The position numbers and the translations under genes were made by a program. Below, piece by piece: positions 63,773 to 64,000 of a stretch of 64,000 nucleotides of DNA (position 1 is its first letter; the number at the start of each line of letters is the position of its first letter). The notes beneath the pieces were generated by a model, which saw only the letters and a program-made list of their open reading frames with translations, was not told the origin of the DNA and did not search any database. Origin of the DNA: Eledone cirrhosa (Eukaryota); NCBI GenBank assembly GCA_964016885.1, contig OZ024742.1, positions 133,920,001-133,984,000 on the forward strand, read 5' to 3'.

Positions 63773-63802
63773 AATATATATATACTCATGTATATATATA
63801 TT

Positions 63803-63833
<31 letters not shown>

Positions 63834-64000
63834 ATATGTGTGTGTGGGGGTTTGTGTGTATATAGCGTGTGTGCTTGTGTGTGTGTGTGTGTGTGTTCAT
63901 TAAACCACATATTTAGAAAGAGAAACGCACCATTCGCTGGCAAGCGCACATACATCGAAAACAGTCCTTGTATCAATTACCTTAGTCTTGCAGTTTATCA

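Overview
AT-rich, microsatellite-laden animal genomic DNA. The SINE and repeat content suggest a coleoid cephalopod such as Octopus (inference). No host gene can be called with confidence, and almost all sequence is retroelement-derived. (1) Two clusters of Tx1/L1-type non-LTR retrotransposons (about 1.3-13.6 kb and 50.2-61.6 kb) come from three subfamilies, carry frameshifts and are joined through (TTA)n tracts. (2) A central block of Penelope-like elements (PLEs) has RT, a CxCx5Cx5C linker and a C-terminal GIY-YIG domain (Hydra-clade architecture) and sits in (TA)n. It includes a young element with an intact 820-aa ORF that forms a ~13.4 kb head-to-head structure with ~5.6 kb inverted arms. 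(3) There is also an RTE LINE and many tRNA-derived Meta-type SINEs. The most notable signals are: a type I hammerhead ribozyme with a 116-nt stem II in all three pLTR copies of the young PLE; further hammerheads, including U3:A8 core variants, beside (TA)n tracts; recurrent two-ended inverted PLE insertions using two fixed 3' end-points; a structurally conserved hairpin plus AG|GTAAGT signal at the Tx1 ORF1/ORF2 junction; and a 3' tail shared by the SINE and the Tx1 LINEs. Most ORF-track entries (YIYI/CVCV type, antisense LINE ORFs) are spurious. Boundaries of degenerate elements are approximate.
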